From contig CAVOZW010000027.1 of the NCBI GenBank assembly GCA_963701385.1, positions 132,602-196,601 on the forward strand: 64,000 nt of DNA, read 5' to 3'. Under the pieces are notes generated by a model. It was not told the origin of the DNA. It saw nothing but the letters and a program-made list of their open reading frames with translations, and searched no databases. Positions 1 to 9,047 of the stretch are shown here, piece by piece. Each line of letters opens with the position of its first letter. Position 1 is the first letter of the stretch. The translations under genes were made by a program, and so were the position numbers. The stretch is from an uncultured delta proteobacterium. GTDB lineage: Bacteria; Desulfobacterota; Desulfobacteria; Desulfobacterales; B30-G6.

Positions 1-1209
1 ACGCCCGCCATCTTCCCCAGAGAAGTTTCGGACGGTATGACCGAGGCCGTTGTCGAGGCGCTGGAGTCGGGTGATGACATGCGTGAGTTTCAGAGCCGAT
101 ATCAGCACCTGGACGCTGAAGTTACGGTCATTGTCCCTTTCCAGAGACTGATGGCAATCGGCGGCCATATCAAAGGGATCTCCGTTCGACCGAATGCACT
201 CGAATCGAACCAGGAGACTGCCCAAATGCTGGTGGACCGTTTCGGTCTATCGCTGTTCAGTGGGGAAACGTCGGGCACCTACCTGTATCATGCCAGTGAC
301 ACCATGAGCTACAGCGGCGTTCCCAATATTATCGTTCCCATCCTGATTTCGATATTCATCGTGTTGAATACCATGATCAGCAGTGTGTATGAACGCAAAC
401 GTGAAATCGGAATTTACACATCCGTCGGGCTCGCACCCTCTCACGTTTCCTTTCTATTTATAGCGGAGGCCATGGCCTTTGCCGTTCTCAGCGTTGTTTT
501 CGGTTATCTGGTGGCGCAGACGTCGGCAAAGTTTTTTGCTGGAACAGCCCTATGGTCCGGTATTACGGTCAATTATTCCTCCGCTGCCGGCATTGGTGCA
601 ATGGTCCTGGTCATCCTGGTAGTCCTGATATCGGTCATTTATCCATCCAAGATCGCCGGTGAAATCGCCATTCCCGACATCAACCGCTCATGGACCCTGC
701 CCGCGCCCAAAAAAAACAAACTCGAGATTGTCCTGCCGTTTCTCATGACGTACCAGGAACACCGCAGTGTTGGCGGCTTCATCTACGAGTACTTTGCCAG
801 TCACCAGGAAATCACCCACGGAAAGTTTTCTACCGGGAATATAGCATTCACCTTTGTCTGCGAAACACCCCCGGTCGGCGACAAAGACGGGGATGACTGT
901 CCTGAAGACCTGTGCGCTTATGAAGCGTGTCTTAATTTCACCTCGCAGGTCTGGCTGGCGCCTTTTGACTTCGGCATTCTCCAGCAGGTCACATTGACGT
1001 TCAAACCGGCTGAAGAGGAAAAAGGGTTCCTTGAAGTGCACATTTCTCTGACGCGTGAATCCGGAGAATCCAACGCCTGGTTGCGAATCAACAAGACCTT
1101 TTTACATGAAATTCGAAAACAACTGCTCTTGTGGCGTTCCTTTGATGACGATACCAAGGCACACTATGAGCGTCTTTTGGCTGAAGAAGCGAGAACACAG
1201 GTAACTTAG
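1..1209 (+). CDS. FtsX/MacB-type ABC permease, C-terminal part (5' end lies outside the window), with a ~190-aa soluble C-terminal extension
   Basis: The frame of ORF 37..1209 stays open back to nt 1. 'ISSVYERKREIGIYTSVGLAPSHVSFLFIAEAMAFAVLSVVFGYLVAQ' plus two further TM helices is the FtsX permease signature. The tail from 'PDINRSWTLPAP' onward is non-hydrophobic. Confidence 0.75.
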   Translation, partial: TPAIFPREVSDGMTEAVVEALESGDDMREFQSRYQHLDAEVTVIVPFQRLMAIGGHIKGISVRPNALESNQETAQMLVDRFGLSLFSGETSGTYLYHASDTMSYSGVPNIIVPILISIFIVLNTMISSVYERKREIGIYTSVGLAPSHVSFLFIAEAMAFAVLSVVFGYLVAQTSAKFFAGTALWSGITVNYSSAAGIGAMVLVILVVLISVIYPSKIAGEIAIPDINRSWTLPAPKKNKLEIVLPFLMTYQEHRSVGGFIYEYFASHQEITHGKFSTGNIAFTFVCETPPVGDKDGDDCPEDLCAYEACLNFTSQVWLAPFDFGILQQVTLTFKPAEEEKGFLEVHISLTRESGESNAWLRINKTFLHEIRKQLLLWRSFDDDTKAHYERLLAEEARTQVT

Positions 1210-1215
1210 GAAGAC

Positions 1216-3255
1216 ATGAACGAAACACCTGACAAAGCGACGGCTGGGAAACCAAAAAAATCAAGCCATGCCGATTCTCTCGCCAACAGGATTCGCTGGC
1301 GGGCTATTTTCATAGGATCTTTCCTGGCCCTGCTCATCTGTCTGATAACGCCCTTCAACAACGCATACAGACAGGGAACCCCACTGGGGGGCGGACACTT
1401 TCCCCTGGCACCGTTCTATTTTTTCGTCTGGATGGTCGTCATCACTGCTATCATCCGCTGGTTGTTCAAAGGTCGCAATCTTATCACCGGAAAAGAACTT
1501 CTGGTGGCATGGGCGCTCATGGTACTCCTTTCCGGTATTGCCTGGACAGGCCTCGCACGGACATTTTTTCTAAACTTAACGGCACCTTACCATTTTGCGA
1601 CAGTCGAGAATCGATGGGAAGAGGTTCTGCATCCCCTGCTGCCGTCAGGCTGGTACCCCCAAAGTCAGGAAGCCGTCACCGTCCTGTACAACGGCCTGCC
1701 CGGGGGACGCCAGATGAGCTGGATAGAAGTTGTCGGCAATATTCCATGGGAGGCCTGGGCAAGGCCCCTTTTGGGGTGGGCGGGATTTGTCCTGCTTTGC
1801 TATTTTGTCATGGCCTGCATGGTCAGTCTCTTGAGCAAACAAGGCATCTATCACGAACGGATTAATTTTCCCCTCCTGCGGGTTCCCTTGCTGATTCAGG
1901 AAGCCTTCGACAACAACGAACTGGGCCGCTTCTTTTGTAATCGGTTTCTCCTGGTGGGTCTGTCCATTCCGGTTCTGCTTCACCTACTCAACGGCCTGAG
2001 TTTTTACAATCCGTCCATACCCTCTATCCCCACCCTGATCATAGCAGGCAAATATTTTCCGAAATTGGGTCTCTTTTCAGGATTTTATAAACTGAAAATC
2101 TATATTTACCCGGCATTCATCGGGTTCGCTTTCCTGACATCGAAACAGATTTCGTTTTCCTTCTGGTTCTTTTACATTGCAGGCGCACTGTTGTTCGGTG
2201 CCCTGTCGTTTATGGGGGTCAACATCCCGGCCGGCGCTCTCGGTGTGACCTTCGGGCCGACCATCTCCAGGCCCGAAGAGATGCAAATGATCGGCGCCTA
2301 TGTCGTCTTCTTTGGTTTTATTGCATGGCTGGCCAGGTTCCATTTACTGGATATTCTTCGCATGGGATTCGGAAAAAAGAACGAGGCCCACCCGGAAAAT
2401 GAATGGCTCTCCACGCGCACGGCCTTCTGGGGCGTCGTTTCAGGTGGTCTCGGTATTGTTCTGTGGTGCCATTTTGCCGGTGTCCCTTTTTTGTTTTCCT
2501 TTGTGGTGGTCGGTTCACTATTCCTTTTCATGCTGGTGGCCACACGGGTGATCTGCCAGGGGGGAATCGCCTATTTTACCCTGACTGCTGCACCCATGGA
2601 TGGGCTCATGGCATTGTTCGGACCCAAGGCATTTACCCATATGGGTCTTGTCGTTTCGGCGGTTATTCAAAAGATGCTCTTTGTCGATCTACGCGAATCG
2701 CTCATGCCGTCTCTGCTTCACGCACGAAAAATTTCGGACGGCACCAACAGTAACCGACGCCTTTTTATTGCCATCATGCTTACACTCACCCTGGGCATTC
2801 TGGTTTCCTTTGCGGCCATGTTGGCCCTCTGCTATAAATTCGGTGTTCGGGAGCTCCAGTTCGACTGGGCCAGCCGCACCACACTGGCTGTTTACGACAA
2901 CCTCTTCAACCTGCTGGAAACGCCTGTCGAATCCGGCCAATGGGTCATGACCTTCATATGGGTGGGTGCGGCCTTGATGCTGGTTCTGGTGATCTGTTAT
3001 CACCGTTTTTACTGGTGGCCGATACATCCCATCGGCTATTTGACGGCCTACAGTTCCGCCATGTGGTATTTGTGGTTCTGTTTCTTTATTGGCTGGCTTT
3101 GCAATGCCCTTTGCATGCGCTACGGCGGCGTCATGCTCTACAAAAAGGTACGATATTTTTTCATCGGGCTCATTATCGGGGATTTCCTGATGGCAGGAAC
3201 CTGGGCCATCTACGGCCTCTTCAGCGACGCAAGCTTTAATGTGATGCCCATATAA
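1216..3255 (+). CDS. Large polytopic integral membrane protein, function unknown (679 aa)
   Basis: Long ORF starting 7 nt after the upstream stop. Hydrophobic segments occur throughout. I recognise no catalytic motif. Confidence 0.7.
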   Translation: MNETPDKATAGKPKKSSHADSLANRIRWRAIFIGSFLALLICLITPFNNAYRQGTPLGGGHFPLAPFYFFVWMVVITAIIRWLFKGRNLITGKELLVAWALMVLLSGIAWTGLARTFFLNLTAPYHFATVENRWEEVLHPLLPSGWYPQSQEAVTVLYNGLPGGRQMSWIEVVGNIPWEAWARPLLGWAGFVLLCYFVMACMVSLLSKQGIYHERINFPLLRVPLLIQEAFDNNELGRFFCNRFLLVGLSIPVLLHLLNGLSFYNPSIPSIPTLIIAGKYFPKLGLFSGFYKLKIYIYPAFIGFAFLTSKQISFSFWFFYIAGALLFGALSFMGVNIPAGALGVTFGPTISRPEEMQMIGAYVVFFGFIAWLARFHLLDILRMGFGKKNEAHPENEWLSTRTAFWGVVSGGLGIVLWCHFAGVPFLFSFVVVGSLFLFMLVATRVICQGGIAYFTLTAAPMDGLMALFGPKAFTHMGLVVSAVIQKMLFVDLRESLMPSLLHARKISDGTNSNRRLFIAIMLTLTLGILVSFAAMLALCYKFGVRELQFDWASRTTLAVYDNLFNLLETPVESGQWVMTFIWVGAALMLVLVICYHRFYWWPIHPIGYLTAYSSAMWYLWFCFFIGWLCNALCMRYGGVMLYKKVRYFFIGLIIGDFLMAGTWAIYGLFSDASFNVMPI

Positions 3256-3274
3256 AATCGTTTCACGATTTTAT
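3252..3274 (+). terminator. AT-rich 10-3-10 palindrome ATAAAATCGT-TTC-ACGATTTTAT overlapping the TAA stop at 3253-3255 (terminator-like hairpin or operator)
   Basis: Perfect 10-nt inverted arms read directly from the sequence. The same arms recur at 29542-29564 and a close variant at 3503-3525. Confidence 0.4.
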
Positions 3275-3347
3275 TGATCGCGGCATTGACACTCATGACC
3301 CGGCAAGGACATGTTTTAAAAAAAATATAAGCCGAGATACAAAAGCG

Positions 3348-3506
3348 TTGATATTATTTACTCAACTTTCGGAATTCAGCGAACGCGAAATGAACAATCC
3401 CCTGGCGCTTTGCGAACTCGCCGCAAGGGCTCCTAACATCAGCGCTGGCCAAGTTATTAAACAGGTAGCTGTTCAGTTAAAAAAGCGACACAGTCGCGTA
3501 AAATAA
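3348..3506 (+). CDS. Possible small ORF (52 aa, TTG start) that coincides with repeat element copy A
   Basis: Open frame '(L)ILFTQLSEFSEREMNNPLALCELAARAPNISAGQVIKQVAVQLKKRHSRVK*'. Its TAA sits inside palindrome 3503-3525, at the same position where real genes' stops sit in the sibling palindromes. The paralogous stretch at 63164+ begins with ATG. Substitutions between the copies are not biased toward synonymous changes, so coding is unproven. Confidence 0.25.
   Translation: MILFTQLSEFSEREMNNPLALCELAARAPNISAGQVIKQVAVQLKKRHSRVK
3361..3465 (+). repeat. ~105-nt dispersed repeat, copy A (partner at 63171-63275, same orientation)
   Basis: Manual gap-free alignment gives 80 of the first 90 positions identical. 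The core is 'TTGCGAACTCG..GCAAGGGCTCCTA(A/G)CATCAGCGC'. Confidence 0.85.
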
Positions 3507-3525
3507 AATTGTGGAACAATTTTAT
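3503..3525 (+). promoter_or_regulatory. AT-rich 10-3-10 palindrome ATAAAATTGT-GGA-ACAATTTTAT covering the start region of the next gene
   Basis: Perfect 10-nt arms. The right arm contains A and T of the ATG at 3524. The alternative TTG start at 3509 lies in the left arm. Confidence 0.4.
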
Positions 3526-5485
3526 GTATGAGGACAAAGAACTCCAGGAATATAGAGATCTTCTCAAGACACCGGATCATTTTGAGGAAGGATTCAGCTG
3601 GAAGACGGTAGTGGGCTCCATCTTCATCGGCTTCCTCATGATGCCAGGCAGCATGTACCTGCAACTGGTGATCGGTGCGGGTATCGGTCCGGCCGCTCGG
3701 TGGGTCACGATAATCCTGTTTGCCGAGCTGGCCAAGCGCTCTTACAGTGAGTTGAAACAGCAGGAAATTTTTCTGCTCTACTATATGGCAGGGGCCGCGC
3801 TGGCGACACCCTTCCAGGGTCTACTGTGGAGTCAGTACCTGGTACAATCGGATGCCGCCCGCATGCTGGGCCTGACCGAATTCATCCCTAGCTGGATAGC
3901 ACCAAGCGTCGATTCCGAATCTCTGCTGCAGCGCACCTTTTTCCATCGCGACTGGATGATTCCGATCTTGCTGCTCATGGGCACGCAGATCATTCAACGT
4001 ATCGACCAGTTCGGTCTGGGGTATGCCCTCTATCGCATCACCAGCGACGTGGAGAAACTTCCCTTTCCCATGGCACCGGTGGCTGCTCTAGGGACCATGG
4101 CCCTGGCCGAGTCTACGGAGGAAAAAAGGAAGAGCTGGAAGTGGCGTGTTTTTTCCATCGGTGGCGTGATTGGACTGCTGTTTGGGGCCATCTATGTGGT
4201 TCTCCCTACCCTCAGCGGCTTGATTCTGATGGAACCAATTCGTCTGATTCCGATTCCCTGGGTTGAGCTGACCGGGCATACCGAAAACTTCCTCCCTGCT
4301 GTGGCCACCGGTATTCAACTCGACCTGGGCCTTGTCTTTATCGGCATGGTACTGCCATTTTGGGCCGTCATCGGTGGTCTTGTGGGTCTGCTCATTACGA
4401 TAGCGGCCAACCCCGTCCTGTATCATTTCGGGATCCTTACACGTTGGCATCCGGGAATGGAAACCGTCGATACCGTATTTGCCAATAACTTCGACTTTTA
4501 CTTGAGCTTCAGTATCGGTCTGGGCCTTTCCATCGCCTTTATCGGTATCTGGCATGTGATACGTTCCTTTAGAAAAAGTTCAGCACAGCAGCGTGGGACA
4601 CTCAAGGACCTGTTTCATCCGCCTCCAGGTCGGGGTGATTTTAACTTCTGGATCTCCATTGGCATCTATGTGTTTTCCACCGCTTCCTACGTGCTGCTCT
4701 GTGTCTGGCTGGTGCCCAATTTCCCCTGGATATTTTTTCTCCTCTATGGCTTCGTCTACACACCCATCGTTTCCTACATCACCGCACGGATGGAAGGAAT
4801 TGCCGGGCAGTTTGTAAGTCTTCCCCTGGTTCGGGAAGCCAGTTTTATCATGGGCGCCAAATACTTCGGTTACCAGGGCATCGAAATATGGTATGCCCCC
4901 ATTCCAATCCATAATTACGGCGAGGCCACCGTAAATTTCCGCCAGATAGAACTGACCGGAACCAGCATCCGCGGTATCATCAAGTCGGAAATTGTGGTCT
5001 TTCCGGTGGTCATGACGGCCAGCCTGCTGTTTTCGCAATTCATCTGGCGCCTGGCCCCCATTCCTTCCAACGCCTACCCCTATGCCCAGGAGCTTTGGCA
5101 TCTTCAGGCTCTCAACTCGTTACTGATGCAGACATCCACTCTTGAAGGAAACTCCTTATTTTATCAAGCTCTTAATTGGCTATACGTGGTGGGTGGCATG
5201 GGTCTGGGTGTCGTCACCTATGCCATTCTGGTCATGATGGGGCTCCCCATCTTGCTGGTGTACGGGATGGTTCGGGGGCTGGGGCAGAGTACCCCCCACG
5301 GCCTGATTCTGGAGGTCATCGGTGCTCTGCTGGGGCGCTTCTATTTCTACAAGCGATACGGCAGCATGTGGCGGCAGTATGCACCGGTGCTGCTGGCGGG
5401 TTTTTCGTGCGGTATGGGGTTAACCGGCATGTTTGCCATGGGAATCACCCTCATCCTCAAGTCATTGGGACGACTGGCCTACTAA
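3509..5485 (+). CDS. Large polytopic integral membrane protein, function unknown (658 aa from TTG 3509; ATG alternative at 3524)
   Basis: Long hydrophobic ORF. It may be a distant paralogue of 1216..3255: both have an 'x-FP-x-x-x-P' segment mid-protein and an 'RYG' segment near the C-terminus. Confidence 0.7.
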   Translation: MWNNFMYEDKELQEYRDLLKTPDHFEEGFSWKTVVGSIFIGFLMMPGSMYLQLVIGAGIGPAARWVTIILFAELAKRSYSELKQQEIFLLYYMAGAALATPFQGLLWSQYLVQSDAARMLGLTEFIPSWIAPSVDSESLLQRTFFHRDWMIPILLLMGTQIIQRIDQFGLGYALYRITSDVEKLPFPMAPVAALGTMALAESTEEKRKSWKWRVFSIGGVIGLLFGAIYVVLPTLSGLILMEPIRLIPIPWVELTGHTENFLPAVATGIQLDLGLVFIGMVLPFWAVIGGLVGLLITIAANPVLYHFGILTRWHPGMETVDTVFANNFDFYLSFSIGLGLSIAFIGIWHVIRSFRKSSAQQRGTLKDLFHPPPGRGDFNFWISIGIYVFSTASYVLLCVWLVPNFPWIFFLLYGFVYTPIVSYITARMEGIAGQFVSLPLVREASFIMGAKYFGYQGIEIWYAPIPIHNYGEATVNFRQIELTGTSIRGIIKSEIVVFPVVMTASLLFSQFIWRLAPIPSNAYPYAQELWHLQALNSLLMQTSTLEGNSLFYQALNWLYVVGGMGLGVVTYAILVMMGLPILLVYGMVRGLGQSTPHGLILEVIGALLGRFYFYKRYGSMWRQYAPVLLAGFSCGMGLTGMFAMGITLILKSLGRLAY

Positions 5486-5517
5486 AAGCCCAAAAAGAGA
5501 CCTATTAAATTACTACC

Positions 5518-6735
5518 TCATTTGTTTGCCCCGATTGGGTTGCGAGCATCATAGGTGGGACTGCCGACTTCCGGAATAAAGTGAACCGGAATCAGGGAGA
5601 AAATGGGGATGCAAACCACTATCAAGAGAACGCTCTGGATAGAAAAAATATCGCCCAATTTACCAACCACGGGGGAAAGAATACCGCCGACGCCAAAGGC
5701 CAGCCCCATCATCAGGCTGGCCACCATTGAGCGGCCCTTGGGAGCGATTTTCTGGGCCATCACCACGCCGAGGGGCAGGGAAGCCATGTTAAAGCCGCCG
5801 GCCAATATCGTAGCCGGATAGATCCATTTGCCGGGAGCCAACAAAAATACCAGCAGGAAAGGCGTCATGAAGCCGTGGGTGATCCACAATAGGCGTTTGT
5901 ATCCCATACGGTCCGAAAGATGGCCGCACAAAACGCCGGCCACCGTTCCTGAAATGGTAAAGATGGAAAAGAGGACCCCGGCAGAGACGATGGTATGCCC
6001 CTTCTGCACCCACAGCACCGGCATAAACGTCATCAGCGACTGACCCACCACCGAACGCATAACCATGACGATCCAGATCAACAGGATCGGCTGCCAGACG
6101 CTGCCCAGGGTTTGCCGAAGGGTCTCCAAAAAGCCGTATTTGGCCATGTCGTCTCCCTGGGGCTTGGGAATGACCCGATAGAAAACCATCCAGATCAAAA
6201 GACCCATCAGCATGGTCATCGGCATAGCGCCGAGACCGAACCTGGCCACATAAAAGGTGATAAAAATGGGCCCCACCCCGAAAGCCAGGGTGCCGGCCGT
6301 ATTATAGACGGACATGGCCAGCCCAAGTTTACGGCCCGCATATAGGGGAACCATGCCCGTGACCGGCGGATGGAACAGGGAAGACCCCGTAGAGCCTATG
6401 ACGATGCAGAAAAGCAATCCGTAAAAACCGCTTGTCACACCTGTTAAAGGAATAAAAAGGATGGGCATGAGCAACCCGATCAAAATAAAACTGCGGCTAG
6501 GATGGCGATCGGCCCAATAGCCAGACATGGGCTGTACGATGAACATCAAAAAGCGGGAAATTCCCGCCAGGAAACCCACCTGAGCCAAACTCAGTCCCAT
6601 CTTGTCCATGAACACGGGAAACAGCGGGTTGATGAAAGAGCTGTAAAAATCCCCACTGAAGTGCACCAGGCTAAGGGCGATGAGAACTTTCCAATAGGTT
6701 TTGGAAGGTGAATTAGACATAGGGGCTTTTGGCAC
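5518..6735 (-). CDS. MFS transporter, Fsr (fosmidomycin-resistance)-like
   Basis: About 12 hydrophobic segments. The N-terminus 'HFSGDFYSSFINPLFPVFMDKMGLSLAQVGFLAGISRFLMFIVQPMSGYWADRH' matches the Fsr-type MFS pattern. Start is GTG 6735 or ATG 6720. Confidence 0.7.
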   Translation of the reverse strand: MPKAPMSNSPSKTYWKVLIALSLVHFSGDFYSSFINPLFPVFMDKMGLSLAQVGFLAGISRFLMFIVQPMSGYWADRHPSRSFILIGLLMPILFIPLTGVTSGFYGLLFCIVIGSTGSSLFHPPVTGMVPLYAGRKLGLAMSVYNTAGTLAFGVGPIFITFYVARFGLGAMPMTMLMGLLIWMVFYRVIPKPQGDDMAKYGFLETLRQTLGSVWQPILLIWIVMVMRSVVGQSLMTFMPVLWVQKGHTIVSAGVLFSIFTISGTVAGVLCGHLSDRMGYKRLLWITHGFMTPFLLVFLLAPGKWIYPATILAGGFNMASLPLGVVMAQKIAPKGRSMVASLMMGLAFGVGGILSPVVGKLGDIFSIQSVLLIVVCIPIFSLIPVHFIPEVGSPTYDARNPIGANK

Positions 6736-6892
6736 TTACCTAAATCAAAGTCAACTCAAAATGCGATGGTATGTCCTTTGAAAAATCCAAGTTCAAAATA
6801 GGGTCTTTCTGGCGCATTGAACATATTGCCGAAGCAGCCTCTCTTATGATATGGGCCTAGTAAGCATCCTTTGATACACGAAGGGAATTCTT

Positions 6893-7846
6893 GTGGATAT
6901 CCGTCTTTGCAATAAAATTATTGAAAACATATCTCGTGTGATTGTCGGCCGGACTCGACCCATTGAACTGCTGTTGGTAACCCTGATCGCAGAAGGTCAT
7001 GTGCTGCTGGAGGATGTACCCGGCGTCGCCAAAACCCTGCTGGCAAAATCCCTGGCAAAAAGTATCGGAGGCACCTTCAACCGGGTTCAGTTTACGCCGG
7101 ATCTCATGCCCACCGATATTACGGGCTTCAATGTCTATGACCAGCAGTCGGGCTGTTTTTCTTTTCGACCGGGTCCGGTCATCACTCATATTCTGCTTGC
7201 CGACGAAATCAATCGCACCATACCCAGGACCCAGTCCAGCCTGCTCGAATGCATGGAAGAACGCCAGGTGACGGTGGATGGGAAAACCCATCTGCTTCCC
7301 AGTCCCTTTTTTGTCATGGCCACCCAGAATCCCATTGAGCTGGAAGGCACCTTCCCCTTGCCCGAAGCGCAGTTGGACAGATTTCTGCTGAAAACCCAGC
7401 TGGGGTATCCTGACAAGCAAGAAGAAATTCGAATACTCGAACGCTTTCAGAAAACAGATCCGCTTCAGGGGCTTATGCCCGTGGCAACACCCGAAGATGT
7501 CAGCCAATTGCAGCGCGACAGGAGAGATGTCATCGTTTCAGGGCCCGTTCGAGAATATATCGCCGATATCGTGAGAGCCACCCGTGATCACAGCGCCATA
7601 CAATTTGGTGCCAGCCCCAGGGGTTCTCTCGGCTTGATGCGGTCTGGTCAGGCGCTGGCGGCACTTCGCGGCAGAAAATATGTTCTGCCTGACGATATCA
7701 AATCACTGGCGCTCCCGGTTCTCACGCATCGACTGATCCTAAAGGAGCAAGACCGGCTGCGGGGTGAAAACCCCGATCATATCCTGGAAAGCATTATCGA
7801 ACGGGTACCGGTTCCAGCCGCTGCAGGGTCGACGAATGACGACTGA
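6893..7846 (+). CDS. MoxR-family AAA+ ATPase
   Basis: 'LLEDVPGVAKTLLAKSLAKSIGGTFNRVQFTPDLMPTDITG' and 'LLADEINR' (Walker A/B context). GTG start with AAGGGA 6 nt upstream. Confidence 0.9.
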   Translation: MDIRLCNKIIENISRVIVGRTRPIELLLVTLIAEGHVLLEDVPGVAKTLLAKSLAKSIGGTFNRVQFTPDLMPTDITGFNVYDQQSGCFSFRPGPVITHILLADEINRTIPRTQSSLLECMEERQVTVDGKTHLLPSPFFVMATQNPIELEGTFPLPEAQLDRFLLKTQLGYPDKQEEIRILERFQKTDPLQGLMPVATPEDVSQLQRDRRDVIVSGPVREYIADIVRATRDHSAIQFGASPRGSLGLMRSGQALAALRGRKYVLPDDIKSLALPVLTHRLILKEQDRLRGENPDHILESIIERVPVPAAAGSTNDD

Positions 7847-9047
7847 ACAGCATCCAGTCAAGGAACCGACCATTTTCAATTCCCTGCTGATCTGCTTCTT
7901 TGTAAGCATTCTTCTTTTTATCGCCCTCCTGTTTCGCCAAAAAGACCTTTCGCTTCTGACAATTCTGATCTTGCTGGTCATGGGCGGAACAAAAGCCTGG
8001 AGCTCTCTGAATTTTTACCGCATCTCCTGCGGTTACCATGCAGATAAAAAACGGGTCTTTCCCGGAGAAACCGTCTGCATGACATCCAGCATAGAGAACA
8101 GAAAATTTCTTCCGGTTTGGATCCGCTTGGGCTGGCCAAAACAGGCCGCGTTTGAAGCCGTCAATGATCGGGAAGCGGTTTCCGATTACGGGACAGGCCT
8201 CTTGTGGCACCAACAAATGCAGGTTCAGCAAGAATTTACTGCCATGCGCAGAGGGGTTTACCACTTGGGGCCCCCGCACCTTGTATCGAGTGATTTCTTT
8301 GGTTTTTTTCAGAAGGAAAAACGTCTGGGGAAACCGATTCAGGTACTTGTCTACCCGCGCCTCGTTCCCATCAAGACCCTGTCCCTTCCTAAACAGGATT
8401 GGTTTGACACGCCTGGCACGAAAAGTCCCATCAAAGATCCCGTTTACATCCTGGGCACCCAGGATTACCAGCCGTCCAGGCCTTCCCGACATATTCACTG
8501 GAAAGCGAGTGCACGACGCCTTCGACTGCAGGAGAAAGTGTTTGAACCGTCTGAATTCGGCACGATTCTACTGTTCCTGGATGTGAGTTCGTTCAAAAAA
8601 GATCTGGCAGAGTATGCTTTCGAACATACCCTCGAAGTCATAGCGTCCTTGTCCATCAAGTTGAATGAAGCCGGCCATGCTGTGGGATTGGTGACCAACG
8701 GTGTCATGAAAGGCGGGGATGTTTCCACAGTAAGCCCGGCCCGCAGTGCTCGCCAGCTTCCCGCCATATTGGAAACGCTGGCCCGATTACAGATGCAGCA
8801 ACGCATGTCCATGATCGAGACCCTTCGAACAGCGTCTTTCAAGCAACGAGGTATCAGCTGCGTTTTCTTTTCATATGCTTACGATACAGAGGCCACCGAA
8901 TCCAAACGTATTCTACAAGAACGGCGTATCCCCGTATCTTTCTTTGTCTGTCGGTCTCCTTCCACCCCCGATTCGGTGCGACATCCGATCATGGATGGAC
9001 ACCATTCGATAGATGACATTAGAGCGCAGGAGGAATACCAGCCATGA
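7836..9047 (+). CDS. DUF58-family protein (MoxR partner)
   Basis: The ATG at 7836 overlaps the MoxR stop (ATGACGACTGA). Two N-terminal TM segments are followed by 'DYQPSRPSRHIHWKASAR', the typical DUF58 core. It sits in the canonical position after MoxR. Confidence 0.75.
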   Translation: MTTEQHPVKEPTIFNSLLICFFVSILLFIALLFRQKDLSLLTILILLVMGGTKAWSSLNFYRISCGYHADKKRVFPGETVCMTSSIENRKFLPVWIRLGWPKQAAFEAVNDREAVSDYGTGLLWHQQMQVQQEFTAMRRGVYHLGPPHLVSSDFFGFFQKEKRLGKPIQVLVYPRLVPIKTLSLPKQDWFDTPGTKSPIKDPVYILGTQDYQPSRPSRHIHWKASARRLRLQEKVFEPSEFGTILLFLDVSSFKKDLAEYAFEHTLEVIASLSIKLNEAGHAVGLVTNGVMKGGDVSTVSPARSARQLPAILETLARLQMQQRMSMIETLRTASFKQRGISCVFFSYAYDTEATESKRILQERRIPVSFFVCRSPSTPDSVRHPIMDGHHSIDDIRAQEEYQP

